From NCBI RefSeq assembly GCF_000698785.1, contig NZ_CP007536.1, positions 2,100,001 to 2,132,000 of the forward strand: DNA of 32,000 nucleotides, given 5' to 3'. A model generated the notes under the pieces. The model saw only the letters and a list, made by a program, of their open reading frames with translations. It ran no database searches and was not told the origin of the DNA. This DNA is from Nitrososphaera viennensis EN76. Its GTDB lineage: Archaea; Thermoproteota; Nitrososphaeria; Nitrososphaerales; Nitrososphaeraceae. Each line of letters opens with the position of its first letter. Position 1 is the first letter of the stretch. The position numbers and the translations under genes are program-made. This document shows, one piece after another, positions 1-7,224 of this stretch.

Positions 1-385
1 CCGCGTAAAAAGGCTTCCAAATGTGTCCGTTTATGTCCTGGAAGGCGCGACCGTACATCCAGCCATAGTCTTGCGCTTCTCTGTATTCAGAGCCTCCGGC
101 TGCCACGGCTTTCTTGATCATCTCGTCAACTTTTGCACGACTTTCAAGGGACAGCGCAACTAACGACTCGGTGCTTTTGCTAGAGTCGCAGATCTCTCTG
201 CCCGGTATGAAGCTCTTGAAGAACTTTTCAGTCAACAGCATGGCGTAAATGTCCTCGCTGATCACCATGCAGGCGGCGTTCTCGTCGGTAAACATTGGGT
301 TGAACCCGAATCCCAGATTGCCAAAAAACTCCATCGTCTTTTTGAGGTCTTTGACTGGCAGGTTGACGAATATCTTGGTACTCAT
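1..385 (-). CDS. VOC/glyoxalase-fold family protein; 3' end runs off the window start
   Basis: Absent from the ORF track because it is open at the window edge. My translation from the ATG at 385..383 reads MSTKIFVNLPVKDLKKTMEFFGNLGFGFNPMFTDENAACMVISEDIYAMLL...QDYGWMYGRAFQDINGHIW, a pattern typical of small VOC-fold proteins. Confidence 0.75.
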   Translation of the reverse strand, partial: MSTKIFVNLPVKDLKKTMEFFGNLGFGFNPMFTDENAACMVISEDIYAMLLTEKFFKSFIPGREICDSSKSTESLVALSLESRAKVDEMIKKAVAAGGSEYREAQDYGWMYGRAFQDINGHIWKPFYA

Positions 386-613
386 ATGTTCCCTGTAGCA
401 AATAGCCTAAAAGCAATTGCCCCCCCCCACAAGGAGAGGCTCTTCCCGTAAAACACGTCGTTTATCTTCCAGAAAGTACGTCACTATCAACCCGGTCGTG
501 CACATAGACAAGGAGAGCAATAACTTGGAAGAGGCCGAGGTACTTGGCGTGCAAAAGGATGACTATGTTATCTATGGCAGCGCAGTTGAACAACATAAAA
601 AGGGAGAAGGGAA

Positions 614-1015
614 CTAGGCACGGAAGAGTTGGCACGTCTTATCTTTGTGCATATCTCTCAGCCAATCTACGTGGGCCTTGTTTGTTATCTTGTTGCCGTC
701 CAACACAGTTTTCTTGCCATCGGTCAGCTTGCTTCCGACCAGAATCTCCTCTTTTCGGATAGACTCGTCTGGACCGAACTCCACAGTTAACCTGAGGAAA
801 TTCTTCCGATTGTCATATATGTTCACAAGCTCGTATTCTGTAAAGTCGGCATCGTGCTTCTTGTCGTGAATTGTGGATATTTCCTTGAAGATTAGTCTTG
901 ATTTTGGAGGCATTTTTGTCCGCGCCAATTCGCTCAAGAGTGATGCGTTCTTTTTCCAGAATGGTCCTAGTTCCATTCGACGAACTTTCTGGGTTGTTAT
1001 CGCTGCAGAAGACAT
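614..1015 (-). CDS. hypothetical protein
   Basis: 133-aa ORF with protein-like K/E/D-rich composition. I recognise no motif. A TATA-like TATAATATT lies just upstream, so the real start may be the internal Met14. Confidence 0.5.
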   Translation of the reverse strand: MSSAAITTQKVRRMELGPFWKKNASLLSELARTKMPPKSRLIFKEISTIHDKKHDADFTEYELVNIYDNRKNFLRLTVEFGPDESIRKEEILVGSKLTDGKKTVLDGNKITNKAHVDWLRDMHKDKTCQLFRA

Positions 1016-1058
1016 GCAATATTATACTCAGGCTTTGATTTAACCGATTTGTCTGCAG

Positions 1059-1081
1059 TGGCTTTTCAAAAAGTCAGAAGT
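1059..1081. repeat. copy 1 of a shared intergenic element, TGGCTTT-T-CAAAAAGTCAGAAGT
   Basis: 22 of its positions recur at 23477..23501 with a 1-versus-3 nt indel. Both copies lie 43-50 nt upstream of a minus-strand start codon. Confidence 0.5.
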
Positions 1082-1093
1082 CTCATAAGATGG

Positions 1094-1318
1094 CTAATTC
1101 GAGCTGCGCATGTCTACATAGGCCACTCTGACAGTCTTTATCTTGTACTTCATCAATCTAGATCTGGTCCGCAGCCGATAGTTGCAACATGGACGATTAG
1201 GACCCATCCATGTAATGAATATGTCGCATATCCTGCAGCGCTTTTGCCCTGCTGCATATCTTATCCCATCCGTAGGCCTAGTCGCCCTGTGCCGAACACA
1301 GATATTCCTGCAACTCAT
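1094..1318 (-). CDS. small zinc-finger/zinc-ribbon protein (CxxxC...CxxC...CC)
   Basis: Taking Met12 of the track ORF gives MSCRNICVRH...GQKRCRICDIFITWMGPNRPCCNYRLRTRSR. This start forms an ATGA overlap (1315..1318) with the stop of the upstream ORF. The cysteine pairs are spaced as in zinc ribbons. Confidence 0.55.
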   Translation of the reverse strand: MSCRNICVRHRATRPTDGIRYAAGQKRCRICDIFITWMGPNRPCCNYRLRTRSRLMKYKIKTVRVAYVDMRSSN

Positions 1319-1632
1319 TGCCAGTAAGGGTAGACCTCGCCACCAAGCCACTTTATGTCTCTGTCAGCAGCTATAGCCATTACCGTTTCTAGGTCAGATT
1401 GCAGATCTATCTGATAGTGGCCGTGTCCATGATTGTTTGGAAATCTGCCTACAAGATAGTGCATCTGTTTCGACTTGCCATCTTTATTGATCCCCTGAAT
1501 GTAATGGATTTCAAGAAAGAACCTCTGTTTTCTCTCGCGGGGTATTTTCTTTTCAGCATCGAGGACTTTATGAGCAGGAACGGGTCGATGTTCTGCCACC
1601 TTCTCTGAAGCGACGCTACAATGCTGTCGCAC
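1315..1632 (-). CDS. hypothetical protein, translationally coupled to the zinc-finger gene
   Basis: 105-aa ORF. Its stop overlaps the downstream ATG (ATGA). I recognise no family. Confidence 0.45.
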   Translation of the reverse strand: MRQHCSVASEKVAEHRPVPAHKVLDAEKKIPRERKQRFFLEIHYIQGINKDGKSKQMHYLVGRFPNNHGHGHYQIDLQSDLETVMAIAADRDIKWLGGEVYPYWQ

Positions 1633-1802
1633 TCTTGTGTCACGTGTTCTACAGACATGGGCAAGGTGGATAGATCACATATTTTCAAGAGGTAGGATTG
1701 CACTGTACCTCATTGCACGCAATATTTGGCAAGATGAAGGGTGTACGGGAAACAGAAAACCCTAGACGGCTACAGGGTTAAAGGATGGACACCGTCTAAC
1801 TG

Positions 1803-1849
1803 CAGCCGTTGCAGGCCTGACTTGGACCCTTAAAGGCCTGCGACGGCTG
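1803..1849. other. 15-bp stem hairpin (CAGCCGTTGCAGGCC / GGCCTGCGACGGCTG) with a 17-nt loop
   Basis: Read directly from the sequence. Arm one is 1803..1817 and arm two is 1835..1849. The single non-complementary position is T opposite G, a G-U wobble on the + strand RNA. Smaller hairpins flank it (AACCCT/AGGGTT, CCCTTGCAAGGG). Confidence 0.6.
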
Positions 1850-1886
1850 ACCGGAACCCTTGCAAGGGCAACCCTGTAAGCTGCAG

Positions 1887-1903
1887 GTATACAGTGCATT
1901 GCA
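1887..1903 (-). repeat. motif copy in inverted orientation (reverse complement TGCAATGCACTGTATAC, 15/17 match)
   Basis: The + strand reads GTATACAGTGCATTGCA. Its reverse complement differs at 2 positions from TGCAATGCAGTGTACAC. Confidence 0.6.
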
Positions 1904-2006
1904 AAACCTGCCAACATGCATTAGCTGCAAAACCTTCCGCGGACCTGATTTGTCATGCAGTGCAGACATATCATATATACTTGAAAGGGGTCTCTGTCAG
2001 ACCTGC

Positions 2007-2309
2007 ATGTCTGACGTGGATGAAGAACTATGCAAGGAAGAAGTCATGGCATTGGACGGAGCGATAGGATTTGCGGCTATGGTCAATAACCTCCGCAGAT
2101 TGTTGCGAGTGAGTACAGAATCGGACAAATTCCCTTACTGACAACTTAGGATAGATCTCAGCGAGGCACTCGAACCAAAGCTAGGAAGAACGATCTATAC
2201 ACTTGCAATGTATGAAAAGATAAAGCGGGTTGCAATCCTGCCGGCAGGCAACTTCATTTTCATGGTGTCTTTTGACCTGCAGCCCGACCACGAAACCATT
2301 ATCCTATAA
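2007..2309 (+). pseudogene. decayed paralogue of the IRFAG-motif small protein family, with an in-frame TGA at 2139..2141
   Basis: The single-frame translation is MSDVDEELCKEEVMALDGAIGFAAMVNN...FPY*QLRIDLSEALEPKLGRTIYTLAMYEKIKRVAILPAGNFIFMVSFD. It aligns with 2738..3107 (SEFCKLVLDLDPGIRFAGIVE...ELGKALYSITTYEKVKRATIP...LLLVSFD). The middle is about 20 aa shorter and interrupted by a stop. Confidence 0.6.
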
Positions 2310-2472
2310 AGGATAGCGCCGCTATTGAAAAGGCAGGGTTTGTTAATTGACCATCCAAATTACAGTCAACGATATTGCTAATTCATGCCAAGTTTTGTTT
2401 CGTAATCTGCCACTAGCATCACAGCTTCTGACCTTACTGTAAGCAGGCATATTGTGAACCTGCGTTTCTGTA

Positions 2473-2485
2473 ATGCAGTGTACAC
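2473..2485 (+). repeat. motif copy ATGCAGTGTACAC
   Basis: Exact 13-mer, followed after 7 nt by TTATAGAATAAAG. Confidence 0.8.
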
Positions 2486-2737
2486 GCGCTGCTTATAGAA
2501 TAAAGTAGCACGAGCCTACCGGTAGGCAGATAGACATGGTCAAATTGGTCCTGCTCCGCAACTCTCTTCTCCCAACGACTCGCAATACCATTGGAGCAGG
2601 ACCCTCCATGCGGTACCATGATGGTTGGATACAGACCTTCGTATGAAAAACCATATTGTCGAGGGGATCAGAAAGAATCATTGAAAAATTGGAATGTTTT
2701 CTGCTCTGCAGCACTCATGGTGTGGAGGACATAAAAA

Positions 2738-3107
2738 TATGTCATCAGAGTTTTGCAAACTAGTCCTTGATCTCGATCCAGGGATAAGATTTGCTGGCAT
2801 TGTAGAAACGAACGGCACTATTGTTGCTGCAGAATATCGAAAGGATATCGTCCCTCTACTTGATAGGAGTACACTCGAGATCTCTATTTTGCAATCTGTC
2901 ATTAGGTTCGCTACAAGAGAGATTCTCGAAAGTGAGCTAGGCAAGGCCCTGTATAGCATAACGACTTATGAAAAAGTAAAGCGAGCTACAATACCGATCC
3001 ATGGCGATGAACAAAGGCTTCTCCTTGTTTCTTTTGACACTACAGCTAGACCTGGACCTATTATAAGAAAAAAAATTATGCCCTTGATTGAGGAACGGTT
3101 ATCCTAG
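2738..3107 (+). CDS. small conserved hypothetical protein (IRFAG-motif family), paralogue of 12145..12669
   Basis: Start placed at the internal ATG (MSSEFCKLVLDLDPGIRFAGIVETNG...) by alignment to the N-terminus of 12145..12669 (MRAEQFSKNVLALNPRIRFAGVVEKSG...). The similarity continues through EIS..QS and ELG blocks. Confidence 0.75.
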
Positions 3108-3534
3108 GATTCCGTAGGTCAGGAACAGAGACTTGTCATCCGGCGTAACGCCGGCTGACTTTAGCCGTGGGCAGCTGACTATAGCGTAGCAGTCCTTCTT
3201 CAGGAAAAAACACAGGAACATAGACTCGTTCTCGCTGCTAAAGTCGTCCATGCCTGCCGGCAAATATCCGAAAGAAATGGAGATTCTTGCAGATCATGCT
3301 CTACCCGCACTAGATAGAGGGTGAAGTGGTATCCCGCAAGATACTTGACATGATGGGCATCATACCCTCAAAGCACGGTCACCATGACATTGTATTGCAT
3401 GCAAGCCTCGACACTGTGCTGACCATTGTCGCTCTGGTTGGAATCGACTGAATTTTAGAGGAGCGGTCTATCCAAACACATAGCAGCGAGCTCTAGCTAC
3501 TCTGCGTTCCAGAACATACGACTCCATCCGGCCG

Positions 3535-3741
3535 CTAATCTTCAGTGTGATGTGTCACACCGATCACCAGAAAGTCGCGCAACTCCAGATCAACCCGTTT
3601 CCCTATAAGGGATCCGAGCTTTCCCAGGTTGACATTTGCCTCGCATTCATAGTCCTCCTCAATCGACCTTCTGAGAATCCTGACAGTCTTGCTTTTTGTG
3701 TCCACCGACAACAGCTCGCCTCTTGCGCCGCTAAGTATCAT
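3535..3741 (-). CDS. hypothetical small protein
   Basis: 68-aa ORF with plausible composition (GELLSVDTKSKTVRILRRSIEEDYECEANVNLGKLGSLIGKRVDLELRDFLVIGV). A motif copy lies 58 nt upstream. No family recognised. Confidence 0.35.
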   Translation of the reverse strand: MILSGARGELLSVDTKSKTVRILRRSIEEDYECEANVNLGKLGSLIGKRVDLELRDFLVIGVTHHTED

Positions 3742-3798
3742 GCATCGCTGATAGGAGCATCCTGAATAAATCCTTAACAGAAATATAAGGTGAAAAAG

Positions 3799-3815
3799 TG
3801 CAATGCAGTGTACAC
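3799..3815 (+). repeat. motif copy TGCAATGCAGTGTACAC
   Basis: Exact 17-mer, identical to 4432..4448. It continues as TTGCA, giving the near-palindrome TGCAGTGTACACTTGCA. TATTTTTGAAC lies 16 nt downstream. Confidence 0.8.
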
Positions 3816-3879
3816 TTGCAACTTGTGTGTGTATTTTTGAACAGTGTCGAATAAGTATCCCTATCGAGTTGTCTGCTGT

Positions 3880-4179
3880 CTATGCACAATCTTGAATGTC
3901 CGCTACCGAAGACTTACCGATACTAGCATCCAAAGCCTTTAGGTTGGAGAATATCTGGTTACGGAATAGATCCTGATATGCTCGCCGCACAGACTCATTT
4001 CTGTTTCTTTGCCAGCTCGATTACTTTACTATCTGTCCTTTCAGGTCCATCTGGTTGGCAATATCCTGCAGGGTGTGGCCTCCTTCTTAGTGGTTCATAA
4101 TCTGCTCCATCTTCTACCTGTCAATTCTAATATGCACGAGCTTTGGAATATCCGCGTCAGGAATTCGACCTACATCGAT
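3880..4179 (-). pseudogene. decayed helix-turn-helix gene with in-frame stops and no frameshift
   Basis: The single minus-strand frame reads ...IPKLVHIRIDR*KMEQIMNH*EGGHTLQDIANQMDLKGQIVK*SSWQRNRNESVRRAYQDLFRNQIFSNLKALDASIGKSSVADIQDCA*. Stops are at 4114..4116 (TAG), 4087..4089 (TAA) and 4021..4023 (TAA). The GxTLQDIAxxM...V pattern is HTH-like. Confidence 0.4.
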
Positions 4180-4214
4180 TTATTCTTGAGAATTGCACTT
4201 TTACAAAAATCGCC

Positions 4215-4227
4215 ATGCAGTGTACAC
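4215..4227 (+). repeat. motif copy ATGCAGTGTACAC
   Basis: Exact 13-mer, followed after 4 nt by TATTTTTATGAG. Confidence 0.8.
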
Positions 4228-4431
4228 GCACTATTTTTATGAGACGTACCTTGGAAGAATCCCACACCAAAACAATTCAAGCGGTCACCGGCTCATCTCC
4301 GCCGCGGTCATCTCAGCACATGAAACTCCGTTGATGGCGGAGATGGGCCACAGAGTATCTGAAGGGAAAAGACAGCGTTTTATGACTAGTCTGAATGATC
4401 TGTGGTTTATGTCACTGGTTGCTTAGATTTT

Positions 4432-4448
4432 TGCAATGCAGTGTACAC
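4432..4448 (+). repeat. motif copy TGCAATGCAGTGTACAC
   Basis: Exact 17-mer, followed after 6 nt by TTTTTATTTTT. Confidence 0.8.
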
Positions 4449-4706
4449 GTCCTGTTTTTATTTTTCTCTTCGACAATTCGCGTCACCGATAGACGTTAGC
4501 CATATGGTCCCGGCCGGTCCAGCCAACCTGCGCTTTCCAAAACCGGCGGGGCCCTCATTCTTTCGGTCTCCGCAGCTGTCAAATATCTTCAGCGCGCTTT
4601 TGCCATGATTTGTCAGCGATATCTCGCTTTTTCTTTTCCAGTCTCTCTGACAATAATCGATGTGCTCTTTTATGGGTCGCCCGTGTATTTGAACCCATAA
4701 CGTGAA

Positions 4707-4780
4707 TGGGGCCAGTGGGATTTGAACCCACGACCTCCAGCGCCCCGGGCTGACATCCTTCCAAGCTAGACTATGGCCCC
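4707..4780 (-). tRNA. tRNA-Pro (anticodon GGG), 74 nt, no encoded CCA
   Basis: The reverse complement folds by hand as a cloverleaf: GGGGCCA TA GTCT AGCTTGGAA GGAT G TCAGC CCGGGGC GCTGG AGGTC GTGGG TTCAAAT CCCAC TGGCCCC A. A TATA-like TTTAATAG lies about 30 nt upstream. Position 33 reads C instead of the usual U. Confidence 0.85.
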
Positions 4781-4814
4781 ACTGGGGTGTCACGCTAGGC
4801 TACCTCTATTAAAC

Positions 4815-5594
4815 CTACACCGCTTTCATGCGCTTAAAAGAATAGATGCCAAAGAGCCCGAGCGCGCTGGTGTACGCAGTCAATATCGCAAAGTTAAATG
4901 CCGCGCTTTCCGCGCCTATGCCAAGCATAGTCCCGCGCATTGCGCTCACGCCGTACGTCGCCGGGTCGATGGCGGTGAGCACCGACAGCCATGCCGGCAG
5001 GTTGTCAAGTGGAAAGAGCGCGCCGGACAGAAAGAACAGCGGAAACACCACGAAACTCACTATCATCTGGAACCCCTCCAGGCTGTACATGTAGCTTCCA
5101 AGCGCAAGCCCAAGCGAGGTGAGGCCAAACGACATCAGCAGTATTACTGCTACTGCCTGCACCACCGAAAGCGGGGTCAGCGGTATCCCGATTGCGGCGC
5201 CGATTGCAAGCAGTATGAGCGCCTGCACAAGCGAGTTTGTCATGCCGCCAAGCGTCTTGCCCACAAACACCGCGCCCCTGCTCACCGGCGCCACCATCAC
5301 GCTCTTTAAAAAGTCGAACTTGCGATCCCAGATGATGTACGAGCCATAAAACACCGACGTGAATATTATGGACATGCTGACGATCCCCGGAAAGATGAAC
5401 TGCTGGTAGTCAAGGCCCGGCGCGGCGCTGACCGTAGTCGCCGAGCCGATCCCGGAGCCGATTACAAAGAGCCACAAAATAGGCGTGAACGTTGACGCGA
5501 CGAGCCTGCTTTTTTCGCGCAGGAACACCTTGAACTCGCGCAGCCATATCGCGTACACCTTTGCAATGTGGGCCTGCGCCTCTTCAATCATCAT
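4815..5594 (-). CDS. ABC-2 type transporter permease
   Basis: 259 aa with about 6 hydrophobic spans. It overlaps the end of the upstream ATPase gene by 11 nt, the typical ABC-2 exporter arrangement. Confidence 0.85.
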   Translation of the reverse strand: MMIEEAQAHIAKVYAIWLREFKVFLREKSRLVASTFTPILWLFVIGSGIGSATTVSAAPGLDYQQFIFPGIVSMSIIFTSVFYGSYIIWDRKFDFLKSVMVAPVSRGAVFVGKTLGGMTNSLVQALILLAIGAAIGIPLTPLSVVQAVAVILLMSFGLTSLGLALGSYMYSLEGFQMIVSFVVFPLFFLSGALFPLDNLPAWLSVLTAIDPATYGVSAMRGTMLGIGAESAAFNFAILTAYTSALGLFGIYSFKRMKAV

Positions 5595-6540
5595 ACTGGG
5601 CGTACCTCTCCATGAACCCGCCTTCTGCCTGCTCCTTGATGTTCCTTCCAGTCAGGTGTATGAACACGTCGTTCAGGGTGGGGCTTGAAAACTCGGCCTG
5701 CTCGGCCTCGATGTTCTGCAGCAATATCGGAAGGCTGCGCTTGGCGTCCCTGACCGACAGTACCAGCAGGCCGTCGACAAACTCTGCTTTTTGTACAAAG
5801 TCAAGCCTGCCTGCGATCAGGTCTGCGTCCTTTGACTTTGTCTTGATCTTGATGATGTCGCCTCCAAGGGCCGCCTTTAATCTTGCCGGCGTGTCAAGCG
5901 CGACTATCCTGCCCTTGTCAATCACGCCGATTCTGTCGCACAGCATGTCTGCCTCCTCCATGTAGTGCGTGGTAAGGATGATGGTTACTTTCTCCTCCTC
6001 GACCAGCCTGCGCACGTACTTCCACATCGTCTCCCTGCTTGCCGGGTCAAGCCCGAGCGTGGGCTCGTCAAGGAACATCACGCGGGGCTTGTGGAGAAGC
6101 CCTCTTGCTATTTCCAGCCTGCGCCTCATGCCCCCGGAGTACGTCTTTACCCTGTCGTTCTTCCTGTCCAGCAGGCCCACGAGCTCCAGCACCTCGTCTA
6201 TCCTCTTTTTCCTGATGTCGCGGGGAACGCTGTACAGCAGTGAATGAACGTACAAATTCTCATAGCCTGTCAGCATGTCGTCGCTGCTTGGCGCCTGGAA
6301 CACGATGCCGATGCTCTCGCGCACCTTGGCCGGCTGCCTTACGATGTCATAGCCGTTGACGGTGGCGGTGCCTGACGTCGGTTTCAAAAGCGTGGCAAGC
6401 ATGTGGATGGTAGTCGTCTTGCCTGCGCCGTTTGAGCCAAGGAGCCCGAATATCTCGTTCTCCTCGATGTCAAGCGTCAGGTCGTCCACAGCCACAAGGT
6501 TGCCGTAGCGCTTGGCGAGGCTCTTTATCCTTATCATCAT
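5584..6540 (-). CDS. ABC transporter ATP-binding protein (ABC-2/DrrA-like exporter subfamily)
   Basis: Walker A GSNGAGKTT, signature YSGGMRRRLEIA, Walker B VMFLDEPTLGLD. Confidence 0.95.
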   Translation of the reverse strand: MMIRIKSLAKRYGNLVAVDDLTLDIEENEIFGLLGSNGAGKTTTIHMLATLLKPTSGTATVNGYDIVRQPAKVRESIGIVFQAPSSDDMLTGYENLYVHSLLYSVPRDIRKKRIDEVLELVGLLDRKNDRVKTYSGGMRRRLEIARGLLHKPRVMFLDEPTLGLDPASRETMWKYVRRLVEEEKVTIILTTHYMEEADMLCDRIGVIDKGRIVALDTPARLKAALGGDIIKIKTKSKDADLIAGRLDFVQKAEFVDGLLVLSVRDAKRSLPILLQNIEAEQAEFSSPTLNDVFIHLTGRNIKEQAEGGFMERYAQYDD

Positions 6541-6636
6541 TTTATGTCAAACGCGTACAGTCACGCGCAATCGGCTATTATACCTTAGAAAATAAAAAGT
6601 GTAAAAAAGGTGGTGGTGTCGTTGTTGCGGGGTGGT

Positions 6637-6774
6637 TTAACCGCCTATCTTGAACATCTTGGTGCCGCATTTGGGGCAGGTGCCCTGGGTGGCCGGCTTG
6701 CCGTTCTTCATGGTAATCTTTTTTGGGTCCTTCATTTCGCGCTTGGCTTTGCACTTCACGCAGTATGCTTCCAT
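6637..6774 (-). CDS. small zinc-ribbon protein (45 aa; resembles the DUF5679-type family)
   Basis: Below the ORF-track length cutoff. My translation is MEAYCVKCKAKREMKDPKKITMKNGKPATQGTCPKCGTKMFKIGG, with two CxxC pairs. It sits in an otherwise empty gap between genes. Confidence 0.65.
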   Translation of the reverse strand: MEAYCVKCKAKREMKDPKKITMKNGKPATQGTCPKCGTKMFKIGG

Positions 6775-6816
6775 AAGGGCGGTACGGGGGTGGGGGTAAA
6801 AGAGTTTTTCCACTGG

Positions 6817-7224
6817 CTAGCTCTCGGGAACCAGCCAGTCGGTCAGGGCGTCAAGCTCCTCGCAGTTTATCGTGACGCGGATGGGCCCAAGGGGCGATTC
6901 CTGCTCGTCCTCAATAACCGCGGCAATGCCGGCAGTTGCGGCCTGCTTGTTGAGCAGAAACCCAGTGCTCGTGCCTGCGCGGTTGTCAAGGAGCATCCTC
7001 CTCAGCACGCCCATCGCGGACCTGGAGCGCACCTGTTCGTATATTATCGACAGTGCCTCGCTTCCTGTCGCCCTGCCGATAACCCTGCTGCCGTAGCGGA
7101 ACTCTGGCGAACATCTTTCAATGACGTTCTCAATTGCGCTGATGACCTTCTGCGGGTCCTCAGACGGGTTCACTGCCGCCTCGACCTTTACCTCTATTGG
7201 CGACGACACGCGGGGGTTTTTCAT
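6817..7224 (-). CDS. UPF0201/COG1931-type putative RNA-binding protein
   Basis: 135 aa, overlapping the upstream P-loop kinase gene by 4 nt. I recall a UPF0200/UPF0201 pairing as conserved in archaea. Family assignment is by pattern memory, not a search. Confidence 0.6.
   Translation of the reverse strand: MKNPRVSSPIEVKVEAAVNPSEDPQKVISAIENVIERCSPEFRYGSRVIGRATGSEALSIIYEQVRSRSAMGVLRRMLLDNRAGTSTGFLLNKQAATAGIAAVIEDEQESPLGPIRVTINCEELDALTDWLVPES

Noticed and set aside
417-617. 66-aa + strand ORF (TTG start)
   Set aside because: The first third is an R/S/K-rich run that looks non-coding. The rest has no recognisable motif. It may be a gene fragment, but I cannot support it.
3099-3251. 50-codon minus-strand ORF (MDDFSSENESMFLCFFLKKDCYAIVSCPRLKSAGVTPDDKSLFLTYGILG) convergent with and overlapping the end of 2738..3107
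   Set aside because: The composition is plausible, but it is short, has no motif and I cannot assess conservation. Not enough support to call.
2139-4116. In-frame TGA/TAA/TAG codons as programmed recoding (selenocysteine, pyrrolysine or read-through)
   Set aside because: Three different stop codons are involved. No SECIS-like or PYLIS-like context is evident. One copy also has an internal deletion, and the surrounding tract looks decayed. Pseudogenisation is the simpler reading.
1887-4448. Possibility that the ATGCAGTGTACAC copies form a CRISPR array
   Set aside because: The spacings are irregular (586, 1330, 412 and 221 nt). The repeats are only 13-17 nt, one copy is inverted, and no cas genes are present.
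4458-4793. 111-aa and 61-aa minus-strand ORFs overlapping the tRNA
   Set aside because: Their central parts are simply translations of the tRNA-Pro sequence (GSNPTGP). A 39-codon ORF beginning in the hairpin downstream of the tRNA (MGSNTRATHKRAHRLLSERLEKKKRDIADKSWQKRAEDI) is too short and unsupported to call. I considered an integrase fragment but saw no integrase motif.
4773-5309. 178-aa + strand ORF rich in R/H/K
   Set aside because: It lies antisense to the ABC-2 permease gene and has an implausible composition.
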